Below, one piece after another: positions 51,180-64,000 of a stretch of DNA of 64,000 nucleotides (the stretch's first letter is position 1; every line of letters starts with the position of its first letter). Origin of the DNA: Neocallimastix sp. 'constans'. Its lineage: Eukaryota. The notes beneath the pieces are model-generated. The model searched no databases. It worked only from the letters and a program-made list of their open reading frames with translations, and was not told where the DNA came from. The stretch is from contig JBODTK010000011.1 in the NCBI GenBank assembly GCA_050613775.1, positions 124,001 through 188,000 on the forward strand, written 5' to 3'. The translations under genes were made by a program, and so were the position numbers.

Positions 51180-52708
51180 ATAACCTCCAATAAATTTATA
51201 TTTTTGGTTATATTTTTATTATTTTGCTTTCTCTGATACATTAATGCTCTGGCATCCTCAAAAGTAAAGTTTTCATCATAATTGCTGGCATTATCAGAGT
51301 AATCTTCATTTTTGGCGTATTTTAGAGTACTATTATTTCTATAATTATTATTGTTTCTTGAGTTTACTAAGTAATTTAATGATTTCTTCTCTTGTTGTTG
51401 GTTTTACCTCACTTTATTATTATTATGATTATTTTTAATATTATTTTCTTTGTTTTTAAGATTGAAATGACATTCATTTGTGGAATGTCTGTTCATATCA
51501 CATATGTGGCAATAACTTTTATTATCCGTCTTATATTTATAATTATTTTTCTTATTGTTGATTAAACTTGAAGGTTTTTTGTCTAATTTTGGAATTCTTT
51601 TCCTCTTGCTAAGGTAATCAAGGTCCATAGGGTCATCATCTTCATCTTTTTCTTTAGTGTCATCCCAGTTTTTAACATATGACCTTGTTGAGATAATTCT
51701 TTTGAGAGTTTCTAAATACTCATCTGGATTACTGTTCAAGTCGAATTGAACAATATTTTTGTAGTCATTAGAAAGAATGTTAAATAGATATTTTAATTTT
51801 TCCTTGTTTGTAATACTTTAATCAATTTCTTCCATTTCTATGAAAATTTCTTTTGCTTGGTCTAACATTTTTGTTACTTCATTTTTGTTCTTTGGCTTTA
51901 AACTTCTGAGTCTTTTAAGCCAGTACTCCATATCAGCGTTGTTACCGTATTTTCCCTTGAGATTTTCCATAATACGATAACTGTTTGTTAGACGACTTAT
52001 CTTTTTAAGGATTTTTTCGTCAACATTTTTTAAAATCAATAAGATCAATTCGGCATCTATTTTTAAAGTTTCTTTGATAATTAATCTTTTTGTTCTATTA
52101 TCCAATAATGGCTCTCAAACATTATTGTTTACATCCTATGGTACGTCATTGTTTTCTCAAGTGGGATGAGGTTCTTGATCTGGAATTGGAAGGTTTAAGT
52201 TGTTAATAATGTCCGTAATGACTCTGTTGGTTGGGTCATTATCATTTGGAACATAAACAAAGAATTCATCATTTAGATGACAGATAATATCATCTTCAAA
52301 AAACTCTTCAATACCTTGAGTTTTGGCAGGGGTTAAAATAAAAAACTTCCATTCGTTGAAGTTTGACTTTCCACAGAGGCGTTGGTCTTTAGCTAAAGTG
52401 GTTTCTTGAGGCATGTCGTTTTTAAAAGAAAGCTTTTAATATTAGAATAGAATCGAATGAAACTCTTAATCTGATATATGTTGTTTATTTATTTAATATA
52501 ATAATACGAAAGTATTATGGTTAACAAAGAGAGAAGTGGATAGTACATTCATGATGTTTTATATAGAATGTATATCACATGAATACATTTGTTACATAAA
52601 TACAAGTTACACAAAATAATTAAAATGGTTATTGACATAAATTTTTAAAATATAAAATAAACGTATTAATTAATTTACATAAAACATTAACATAAGTACA
52701 CTTTAACA
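51180..52708 (-). mobile_element. Copia-4 5' remnant: LTR (~52472-52708), PBS and broken gag
   Basis: PBS GATTAAGAGTTTCA (52458-52471); gag LCGKSNFNEWK, LKGKYG, DPMDLD, CHICDMNRHSTNEC. Confidence 0.78.
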
Positions 52709-54225
52709 AATTACATAATAAATAAATATATAAAATAATATAAATAAATATATAGTATAATTATTAAGTAGTTATCAAAATTTATCCTTATATTTTTATT
52801 AATATTTATATTACTATATTATTAATATCTTATAATTAAATATTATTAACTTACAAAGTATAAAAGAAAGATGTAAAAATCTATCTTTTATGTTCTTTGT
52901 AAGTTTATTGTAAAATTACCTTAATCGTAATAGTTTATAGATATTTAATTATTAAATAAAGAGAAATTATTATAAATAAAAATAATTAATAATTTTAATA
53001 ATTATAGTTTATTATAAATAAATTTTTATTAAACTAAATCGTTTAAATATATTTATAATTATTAATATATATCTATATAAACATATTGACTTAGTAAAAT
53101 TTTTTAATAAAGCATATTAATTTATTTAAATTTAAAACATAAAATATATCAAAATCTTAACAGTCCTTATTTAATCTATTATTCTTTATTTTAGTTATAT
53201 AAAACCGACCTTTTACATATGTGTAACAGATAAATGGTAACATTAAGCCTATCCAAAGATAGTTCTTTGGTTACGTAACGTATCTATAAACAGTTAGCAA
53301 TTCTAGCTAATCAAATAAAATCTTTTCTTAATTTTCGTACATTAAATTTTATTATTTTTATTGTTTATTTTATTAATAGTTATTTAGTAATATATAGTTT
53401 TATTAGTTGATTAGTAAAACATGTTAAATTATTTATCAATCATAAATTTATTTACATGTATAAAAATAATTGCACTTGTATCTGTAACGCATTAGCGCTA
53501 TTATTAATGTAAATCTTTATAATAAATATTAATATTAATAAATAAAAATTAATTATTAAAAATAAATCAATATATCTTAGTGTAAGCCCAGTAACTAATA
53601 ACGAATAGAGTTATAAAGTGCTATGCTATATTCTTAAGTGTATAAATTAAATAATTATAGTTAATTTTAGTGTTTATTTTAACAACTCGAATAGAGAGGT
53701 GTTAAGTTATCTAAGTCTTTATTTCATTTATTATTCGTTGTTTGAGTTACATTAAACCGACCTTTTTACAATAGTAACTCTCTATAACTGATTAATCAAT
53801 AATAGATAAATTAAAAACAAACTCTAATAATTTAATAATAAAATAGTATAGCTTATTAAAATTATAAAATTAATTTTTAGAACTTAAAATATTAGATTAA
53901 AAGTTGTTTATTTTCTATGTTTACTTTTCTTTGTTTACTTTTTAGAAAAATTTTTGAGAGAAATTTTACGCCACTATATAAAGTGAGCAAGCCACAAATT
54001 TTTTTAAAAAAAAATATTTAGGCTTTAAATTAAAATTTTGATCAAAAATTTAAAAATTTAGATTTATAAAAATTTTGTATATCCGAAATATTATTTATTA
54101 ATAATTTAATTATAAATCATTATTTAAATTAAAAATATAAAATTTTTGGTGGTACCGATTTAATTAATAAAAATTTCGTACTTTACCAAATAAAATCTTT
54201 TTTTGCTATTTAGGGGATCATTTTT

Positions 54226-57200
54226 TGTTAAAAATAAAGTTTATTATTTCAATTAAATTAAATATATTATTTTATATTTAACATAATGTAAAATGTTATG
54301 TGGCGTGCTAATGATGTACATCATGTAATTACAATTGTAACTAATATAGTTAAATTAAAATTTATTAATGTATATACATATGTAATATAATAATTAATCC
54401 TATAAAAAAATAGTTATTAAAATAATAATAAAATCATAATAAATAAATAAAGTGATCACACATTAAAACTAAAACAAAATAACATAATATTTAATAGATT
54501 AAGAGTCTCAATTAGCTCCTGTATATAAAAGCTAATTTATAAATATCAGGATAAATAACATTCCAATAAAAACAAAAGTAAATTGAAATTTCGAAATCTC
54601 AAAATTTAATTAAATCTTAATTTCCCAAATTCTAAAACAATGGAAGATAAAGCGTTCAATATTTTAAGCAATAAAAAACTTACCGTAGAAACCTATCCAC
54701 TTTGGGCTTCAGATATGGATCTAATATTAACTGCTAATGAATTAGATCAATATATCTACGAAGATAATATGAAGAAAATTGCCAACAACGCTGAAAACTA
54801 TGAATCCTTAAAGGGTATGAAAATTAGAGGAACTGATACTTACTACCATAAATCAGTCACAACGAACATGATAGTTGGTGACAGCAAAGCAAAAAGATAT
54901 ATTAGTATGAATTTAGAAAACGAAATTAAATTAAGTATAGATTTCAAGAATAGTTCCGCATACGACATATGGAAATTGCTAAAGAAAAGTTTTAGCAAAG
55001 GTAATGAAGAAATGAAGTTGCAATTAAACGAAAAGCTGGAGAACACGACTTACAATAAATCCACAGACATAGGAATTTTCATAGTCAACATGGAAATTAC
55101 CTTCGACAAATTAAAGAAACTTGGGGAAAAGTTGAACGATGAAAGAAAATTCAATTATTTATATAATGCTATCCCATCCGATATTGCCCAATTAACAAAT
55201 TTACTTGGTTTTCAGAATGATTGGAATAGATGTTGTAATATGTTAAAAACATCAATTCCAAAATTAACGAAATTAATAATTTAATCAATGAACATAACTA
55301 TAATAATATATATAGTCCAAATAATAATAATTTTATTAATATGGATCAAAATCAAAATAATTTAATTTTACAAAATCAAAATAATATTATTGGACCTCCA
55401 CAACATGACAATAATTTTGAAGATAATAATAATAAAAATTTTTCAATTCCTAATTTAAACAACCAATTAAATAATTTAAATTATAAATTTAATGATCAAT
55501 CATTAAATTTAGATAATAATAACAAAACTAATTCAAATGTTATAAATCATAATTTAAATAATTTTAATCGGAAAAATATTAATTCCATTTATTTCCAAGA
55601 AGTAAATAATAAGAATTTTCATAATGGAAATAAAGAAAGATTTAATATTGACAATTTAATTGAAATTAATTATAATAATAATAATACTTCAAATAAATTA
55701 ATTCGAAATAATCAAGTAAATTTAGATAAAAATCTAAAAACAAATTCAGGAATAAATACAGGAGTAGATATTAAAGGTAATTTAAATTCAGACGTAAGTA
55801 AAAATTTGAATTATTTTGAATCAATAAATAAAGAAGTAAATAACATAGGGATAAACAAAATAAATTTAAGAAAAAATAATTTAAATTTAATTATAAATAA
55901 AAGTTCTGATTACTCTAATGAAGTAAGTAACAATTATGATTACTTAAATAACGGTAATAGTTCTAATGTAAATAATGATAATATAAATAACAATTACATG
56001 GGGAATGGTTTAAATCATAATTTAAACAATGACAATAATTCTAATATAAATGTAAATAAACCAATAAATATAGTAATTAAAAATAATTCAAATTCAAATA
56101 ATCAAATAAAAAATAAAAATGAACAAGATAGTGAAAATTATATTTCACAGGATATAACAGGAATTAATATCAATGAAAATAATGTCGGTAGAAAACATAT
56201 TTTACGAGATAGATTTTTACGTGAATTTGCGATTGGAAATTCGAATTTAAAACAAAATAAACAAAATTGTAATGTTTTCAATAATAAACATGTGAATGAC
56301 ATTGTAAATAATAATAACATTAGAAATATACAAAAGATAAGTAATGCAGATAGTTATAATAATAGTAACAGTATGAGTAATAATAAAAATGTTATTAATA
56401 AAATAACTATTAATAATAAATATAAAAATAAACAAGAATCCACAGAATCCTTACTAAATAAATTAAAAGAACCTTCAAGAACTTCAAACGGTTTAAATAG
56501 TAATAGTAATAATAAAAATGGTAATAATATACAAAAACAAAGCATTAGAAAACAAAGTGTGAATAATGACAATAATGATAGCCATAAACAGGTTAATAAA
56601 AATAATATCATATATGTTAGGAAAAATAATAACAAACATAAAAAAATTTATAAAGACGAATATAATATTGTAAAACATTCATTAAAAAAATATAAATCAT
56701 TTAAAATAGATGATATACTAGGTACTAATGATTTTCTAGTTGTAAATAATAATAATTCTATTGAACCACGCAGTTATAAAGAGATATTTTCCATGAAAGA
56801 TAAAGACATGTGGCTGAAGGCAGTGGATGAAGAACTATACAACATGAAAAGAATGAATGCATTTTCAATAATCAGTAAAGTACCAAAAGACGCCAATGTT
56901 ATTTCAACAAGATGGGTCCTTAAACATAAGAAAAATTCTGAAGGTAAGATAATCAAATATAAAACTAGATTAGTATCTAAGGGGTAAAGCCAAGTGTATG
57001 GTATTGATTTCAAGAATACTTTTTCACCTACCCTTAAACAAGACACGCTCAAAATAATAATAGCTATTTCTGTTCAAAATAAATTTCAAATACATCAAAT
57101 GGATATTAAAGCCGCTTATCTAAACGCAAAGCTGGACGAAGACATTTATATGCTACAGAAGGAATGAATAAAAAGGGGTATTGCAAATTGAATAAAGCTA

Positions 57201-58143
57201 TATATGGTTTAAGGCAATCCGGAAGAATGTGGAATGAGACTCTTAACAAGGTATTGTTAAAATTGAATTTTAATAGATTTTTAAGTGATCCATGTGTTTA
57301 CAATAAAAGGGATAAGACTAACAAGGTTATATACTTATTAGCAGTTTATGTGGACGATATAATTGTTGCTGGGAAGTATGATCAAATAGTTAAAACAAAA
57401 TCCTTAATTAAAAATAATTTTGAAGCTACAGATGTAGGTGAAGTAGACTTTATTATAGGTATAAAGTTTGAAAAATGTAATGATGGTTATATTATCCTTC
57501 AGAAGACATATCATAATGAAATTTTAAATAAGTTTAATATCAATAAATATAATCCAGTATCAAATACTACACCAATTGAGTCTATTGAATTAAGGAGTAA
57601 AAAATTTAATGTAACGAAATATAAGCAAGCTATAGGATCCTTATTTTATTTAGCTATCAGCACGAGGCCTGACATATAATTTTCTGTAAGTAAAGCTTCC
57701 ACAAAATCCGATAATCCAACATACGAAGATTGGTACAATGTACTAAAAATTTTTAGATAATTGAAAGGTAATCCTAACTATGGAATTAAATTCACTTATA
57801 CTAATACTTTAAATTTTAATGTTTATGTTGACGCCGATTTAGGTGGTGACAAAGAAACAAGAAAGTCAACGAATGGATTTGTAATGTTGATAAACTCAGC
57901 TCCTACTAGTTGGTATTCCAAACTACAACATTGTGTTTCAGTTTCTACTGCGGAAAGTGAGTATTATGGAATTCATGAGTGTGCAAGATACTGTCTCTGG
58001 TATAGAAATATATTTAAAGAACTTGGACTCAAGCAGGATGTTATTACAATAAACACTGATAATAAAGCTGCAATTTACAATTGCGAAAATGAAACTATTA
58101 ATCCGAAATCCAAGCACATTGACTTACGATATCACAGTATAAG
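54226..58143 (+). mobile_element. Copia-5 (Copia-1 family), internally deleted, RNase H interrupted by the chromovirus
   Basis: LTR 54226-54496 and PBS 54497-54510. Gag 54640-55284 is homologous to Copia-1; PR and IN are absent. RT (YGLRQSG, VYVDD) and RH (YVDAD, STAESEY, KHIDLRYH) are present. Confidence 0.9.
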
Positions 58144-58929
58144 TATAAAGTGTTTTATGTTAAAACAGATTATAATAATACAAAAACATTATTATAAAAT
58201 AAATTCTTTTTATTAAAAATAATTGGTTTATTAAAAATCTTTTATTAAATAGTTCTTATTATGTTATGAACTATCAAATTATAAAAAATAACAATTACAT
58301 TCTTTCAATTAAAGAAAATTTACAGTATTTATATTTTTCCTTAATTATATTTTAATATATTAAATTAATTTAATTTACATATATTCAATTTAAATATTAA
58401 TAATAATTAATTTTATAAAATAATAAAATATTTAAACTAAAACTAATTATAGTATAATTTTTTAATTAACTATTTTTTATTATAACTATTTTTTATTATA
58501 ACTATTTTTTATTATAACTATTTAAATATTTTAACTAATTTAAAATTAAACTAAAAACTATTAATAATATTAAACTATACTATTTAAATAAATAAAAATT
58601 TAACAATAACAGATTTGGAGAATTTTTTGTGACTAAATTATTTAATTTCATATTTAATAAATATAAATTTAAATAATTTAAGTTCTAATTTATAATTTTA
58701 AATTTCAATTATTAATTTAAGGAGAAATAATTATTTAAAGTATTTAATTCATGTATGTAAATTTGATGTATGATTTTTCGTTTACATAAATTTATTGAAA
58801 TATGCTTTAATTCATAAATTAATGTAAATTACATAATTTTATTCAAGATATTGTGGAAAAAATTTCATACATAAATTAATGTAATAATGAATTACATAAA
58901 TTTATTAAAGATATAAAGATATCTTTACA
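58144..58929 (-). repeat. Chromovirus 3' LTR
   Basis: Starts TGTAAAGAT directly after the PPT and ends ...CTTTATA where the Copia-5 RNase H breaks. Confidence 0.85.
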
Positions 58930-58939
58930 ATCTCGCCCT

Positions 58940-61900
58940 TTAAGTCGAGCTCCTGCGAGATTTATTACTTGAAGGAAGATTAATCACGAATGGTTGAAAT
59001 TTATGGCGAACAATGTACTCATTTGATTCATCATTGTTGACATAAGTTTCATTATTAATTTTCTTTTCGTCTTTCCTAAGTTTTCTGAAATATTCCTGAA
59101 TCAGTTGTTGATCTAAGATTTGATCTTCTTCAATCCAAGTATCATCATTAGAATCAAGACCTTTCCATCTTATTAAATAATGATTTTTTCCATTGTAAGT
59201 CTTCTTCTTTATTATTTTTTCAGGAATTCTATCAGCACTGTCTGTAGTGAGTTGTATGTTTTTTCTACGTTTTAAAGTTCTATCTTTATATACATTTTCA
59301 TGATATGGTTCAAGCAATGAAACATGATAGACAGGATGACAACGAATATTACTAGGTAATTCTAACTCGTAAGCTAAATCGCTGACTTTCCTAATAATTC
59401 GAAAAGGACCTATCATTTGGTCAGACAATTTTCTTTTAGTAGTTTTATTATTTATAATATTCCCTTTGAGTAACCACACTTTGTTACCAATTTTAAATTC
59501 AGGAGGTTCAATTCTCTTCATGTCGGCGTACTTTTTGTAAGTTGCTTTAGCCTTATTTAGATTTTCTTTTAAAAATTTAATATTTCTACTTATATCTAAA
59601 ATTCTTCTATCAGCTCTATGAGGTCTATCACTTGAAGGAATTTCTGGATTAAATTTTGGATTAAAACCGTAATTAGCAAAAAATGGTGATTGATTTATAG
59701 ACTGTTGCAAAGTATTATTGTAAGAGAATTCAGCAAAAGGTAAAAGATCAACCCAGTCATTTTGTCTATCATTAATGAAGCAACGTAGATATTGTTCCAA
59801 TATAGCGTTCACCCTCTCCGTTTGACCATCTGTTTGGGGATGGTTAGCAGTGGAAAATGAGTGATTGATATCAAGAAGTGAATATAACCGATTCCAGAAA
59901 TCAGAAGTGAATTGAGTACCACGGTCAGAAATGATCGAATCCGGAAAACCATGAAGCTTAAAAATATTATTAATAAAAGAATCGGCAGCAATAGCAGCAG
60001 TAGGTAAACATCTAAAAGGAATAAAATGAACCATTTTAGTTAAACGATCCACCACAACCATAATAGTGGTCATATCTTTGGATTTTGGTAATTCAACAAT
60101 AAAATCCATAGAGATGTCAGACCAAGCTCTATTAGGAGTAGAAAGTGGAGATAACAATCCATAAGGCTTATGTCTTGGAATTTTGGATTTACAACAAGTT
60201 TCACAAGACTTAATGAATTTCTTTACATCATTATGTAATTTAGGCCACCAGAAATTGCGAGAAATAAGTTCAACAATTTTATTGATGCCAAAATGACCAG
60301 CTGAAACAGAATTGTGATGCAATTCAAGAACTCTAGTACGGAGGCATTTTGGAACATAAATTAGATTATCAAATAGAAGAAAACCTTCTTTATCAAAGGA
60401 AACTTTATCAATATTTTTAATTGGAGCATTATCAATTTTATCATCACTAATGAATTTAGAAATACGAATAAAAAGATCATCATCCTTTAAGGAAGCTAAT
60501 ATGGAGTTTATCAAAGAATCTTTCTTATTATCAATACAGTTAATAACACAACAAGAAATGGAGCGAGAGTTATTAGCAAATAAATGATCACTACGTCTTG
60601 AAAGTAGATCAGGTTTACCAGATTTTTTACCAGCACGATAAACAAGTTTAAAATCAAATCTTGATAAGAATTCATACCATCTAAATTGACGTTGAGAAAA
60701 CATTTCAGGTTTCCGAGGGAAAGTAAGGTTTTTATGATCAGTATAGATAATGAATTGATGACGAGCACCTTCCAAATAATGAGGCCATTCTTCGAGAGCA
60801 ACTTTTATGGCAAGTAATTCTTTGTCATAAATCTGATAGTTACGTTGAGACTTAGTTAAGCTCGTAGAGATAAAAGCAATGGGATGAAGTTGTCCTTCAA
60901 ATTCTTGAGAGAGAATAGCACCAACCGCAAAATTGCTAGAATCAGTTTCTACAATAAAAGGCTTATTACTATCAGGATGTCTGAGGATAGGTGCATAAGT
61001 AAAAAGTTCTTTAAGTTTATCAAAAGCTTTCTGTTGATCAGGACCCCAATTAAAAGGAACATTTTTTCTTGTAAGCTTGTGTAGAGGATTAACGATTTTA
61101 GCGAAATCTTTAATGAAAATTCTGTAATAATTACTTAAACCTATAAAAGATTGAACTTCTTTTACTGTAGTAGGGATTGGCCAATCAAGAATAGCTTTTA
61201 CTTTTTCTTTATCCATTTCGAGTCCATCTTGTGATAAAACAAAACCAAGAAATGTGGTTTTTGTAACATCAAATTCACATTTTTCTAAATTAACATATAA
61301 CTTATTATCAAGTAGTTTTCTTAAAACTTTTCTTACATGTTCATGGTGTTCTTCAAGACTATTGGAATATATAAGAATATCATCAATATAGGAAATAACA
61401 AAATCATCCAAATAATCGCTGAGAACATCATTAATAAAATGTTGAAATGTTGCAGGGGCATTCTTTAGCCCGAAAGGCATGACGAAGTATTCAAAATGCC
61501 CATAACGAGTTCAAAAGGCAGTTTTGTACTCGTCACCTTCTTTAATTCTTACTAAGTTATAAGCCGACTTTAAATCTAACTTAGTAAAATACTTAGCACC
61601 CTTAACTCTATCTAATAAATCACCGATTAAAGGGAGGGGATATGAATTTCTAATTGTCATATCATTCAGCTTCCTATAATCAATACATAATCTTAAGGTG
61701 CCATCTTTTTTTCTAACAAATAAAATAGGAGCACCAGCTGGGGACGTAGATTTCCTAATGAAACCTTTTTCTAAATTTTCTTTAAGATACTTTTTTAATT
61801 CGTCCCTTTCTGTTTCTCTTAAAGGATAAATAGGACCGTAAAATAAATTAGAATTATCCTTTAATTTAATTTCACAATCATACTCCCGATGAGGTGGCAA

Positions 61901-63972
61901 CACATCACAATTTCTTTCATTAAAGACTGCGGCAAAATCTAAACAATGGGAAGGAATTACAATAGATTTATTATTATTTAATTTAATTTTAAAATTGTCC
62001 TTTCGTATTTTCTTAATACAATTACATCTTTTAATATCAACATCAATATAACAATTAAAACTATCAACTAAAGAATCAATTTCACTCGATTTCAATTTAT
62101 GGTAAGAATAATTAAAATTATCAAAACACTTACTAAAATAGTTTGTTGGTTCGGCAACCAATTTTTTATTTTTATTTAAACTTTTTATGTTATTACATGA
62201 AAAATTTTTATTACATGAATTATCATTTTTACATGAATTAGAAATATCACTATTATTAAAAATACAATTTAATTCACTATCACTAATAAACTCATTCATA
62301 AAATTATCTTCTAGATCACTATCATCGGACTCGTTAATTGTTTTAACACGGCAGCCTCTAACGTATTCAGCATCATCTTTTTCTTCATCGGATTCCCAGG
62401 CATACTTTCTTTTCAAAGAGGGAATAGGAGTGTCCTTAGGCATCTCTTCTTCCTTTATTAAGTCTTCAGTAGTTATAAGTTTGTATTTGTTTTTTCTATT
62501 ATTTCTTTTCTTACCTCTTCTTTTCCTCTTTCCATGGTTACAGTGAGAAGCACAATAGCTATAGAACCAAAGGTGATCTTTCTTGCATCATGGTAGTTCA
62601 ATGGACAATGCTTTTCGATCCATGATAGACCTAGAATTACATCAACATCAGGAATTTCTAAAACGTAAAATTTTAATACTTCAAAATGATTCCTGAAACG
62701 AAGAATGCACTTCTCCGTTTCTTTGTAGACTGTACGAATACCGTTACCTAGGCCAGTAACTTTGAAAGATTTTTCAATTTTTGAAGATTCAATACCAGAT
62801 GCCTGGACGAAACTAGGGTGGATAAAGTTCAAATCAGACCCAGAGTCGATGAGAACTCTAACCGGAACTTCTTCAATATTGTTAGTATTTAAATGAAAAG
62901 TTAGTATATTGTTTTTCTGGTTAATAAGAGAATTTTCAGCTTCAATAATCTCCCTAACTGTAAAGATTTAATAAAATCTTTAATAATTAATTATTACATA
63001 ATTAATTAATGTAATAAAATTACATAAATTTATGATTTACGTATATGAAAATTAATTATAAATTTATGTAAACTTTTCATAAAGGAAAAATTATTATTTA
63101 AATAATTTTGGATAATAACTTTAATCTAAATAATTTATTTAAGTTAGTTAATTTAGTTTAGTTTATTTAAAATAGTTATTCTATTAAACTTAGTTAATTT
63201 AGTTTAGTTAGTTTAAAATACTTTAAAATTAATTTCGGAATAGTTTTAAATAGTTAAAATTAGTTTAAATAGTTTATAAAAATAGTTTTGAATTATAAAT
63301 ATATAAACATTAGTATTAATAATATTTATATAATAAATATATAATAAATGAGTTGTTATTGAATTTAATTATTATTCTAAATAAGTTGAAAGTTTATTGA
63401 ATTAATTATTGTTTAGTTTAGTTAATTATTATTTAATAAAATTATTAATAAATATTTTGTTTATAAATAAATAGTAATATATGTAAATTAGATAGAAATA
63501 ATATATTATAATGTAATAATGAAAAAATATAAATACATGTAAATTTCTATAATTAAATCGATGTATTAGTTATTGACTATATGACAGTCAATAACAAAAA
63601 AGAGATTTAATTTTTTTAATTAATAAAGATTATTTTATTTAAAAAAACGAATTTTTATTACTTGTTCTTTTTTATTTTGGTGTTAAAATTTGTTATTTGT
63701 AATCTATTTCTGATATAACTCTTTACACTAACCTTATGAACATTTTCATTATTCAAGATTCTTCTGATTCTTCTCAAAGTAGCGGAAGATTGGTTATTAT
63801 TTTCATTCTTTTTATTAATCATCTTCAACCCTTTTGGCCTTTTTCTGTTGGGACAATTAAATTGTAAGTGACCTGGCTGTTTGCAAAGAAAACACAAGCC
63901 TTTTCTTCTTTCTTCATCATAATTTTTTGTATTTTCTACATACAATGACTTGTGAGAGGGGAAATATCTCAC
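58940..63972 (-). pseudogene. pol: Chromovirus single-frame gag-pol (PR, RT, RH, IN, chromodomain), broken by a solo LTR, a frameshift (~62550) and a stop (61511)
   Basis: VLIDSGS, SYIDD, VETDSS, ISMDFI, SDRG, HPQTDGQTER, GPF, YLIRWKG...DTWI. Gag and PR read in frame once the solo LTR is removed. Confidence 0.93.
62959..63727 (+). repeat. Chromovirus-family solo LTR inserted antisense in the chromovirus gag-PR junction
   Basis: TGTAAAGAT...CTTTACA, TSD CTAAC. Confidence 0.92.
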
Positions 63973-64000
63973 ATCTCTGTACCCTTGTTTGATCCTATAC

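Larger units (their letters stand above)
58144..64000 (-). mobile_element. Chromovirus (Tf1/Tf2-like Ty3/Gypsy with chromodomain), 5' part beyond the window
   Basis: 3' LTR 58144-58929 after PPT AAAGGGCGAGA; gag knuckle CFLCKQPGHLQFNC; pol with a C-terminal chromodomain. Confidence 0.95.

Overview
Extremely AT-rich eukaryotic DNA made almost entirely of nested transposable elements. Composition and TE content suggest an anaerobic gut fungus (Neocallimastigomycota); this is inference only. Reconstructed content: one intact, very young Ty3/Gypsy element (57-7693); four decayed Gypsy relatives; five Ty1/Copia elements or remnants; one chromodomain-bearing Gypsy (chromovirus) running off the right edge; seven solo LTRs of that chromovirus family, each with a 5-bp TSD inside another TE; a MULE DNA transposon with a 9-bp TSD; and a MITE-like TIR element. 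The only host-gene remnant found is a secreted LysM (+CBM18-like start) pseudogene missed by the ORF track. Main signals: (1) all five Copia elements have a primer-binding site complementary to the tRNA-Lys(CUU) anticodon stem-loop, implying half-tRNA priming; (2) chromovirus LTRs with TG...TA termini and a covarying terminal hairpin; (3) GC-rich, nested-stem RNA structures in Gypsy 5' UTRs; (4) a conserved -1 frameshift cassette in all five non-chromo Gypsy elements. All alignments were done by eye and no database searches were run.
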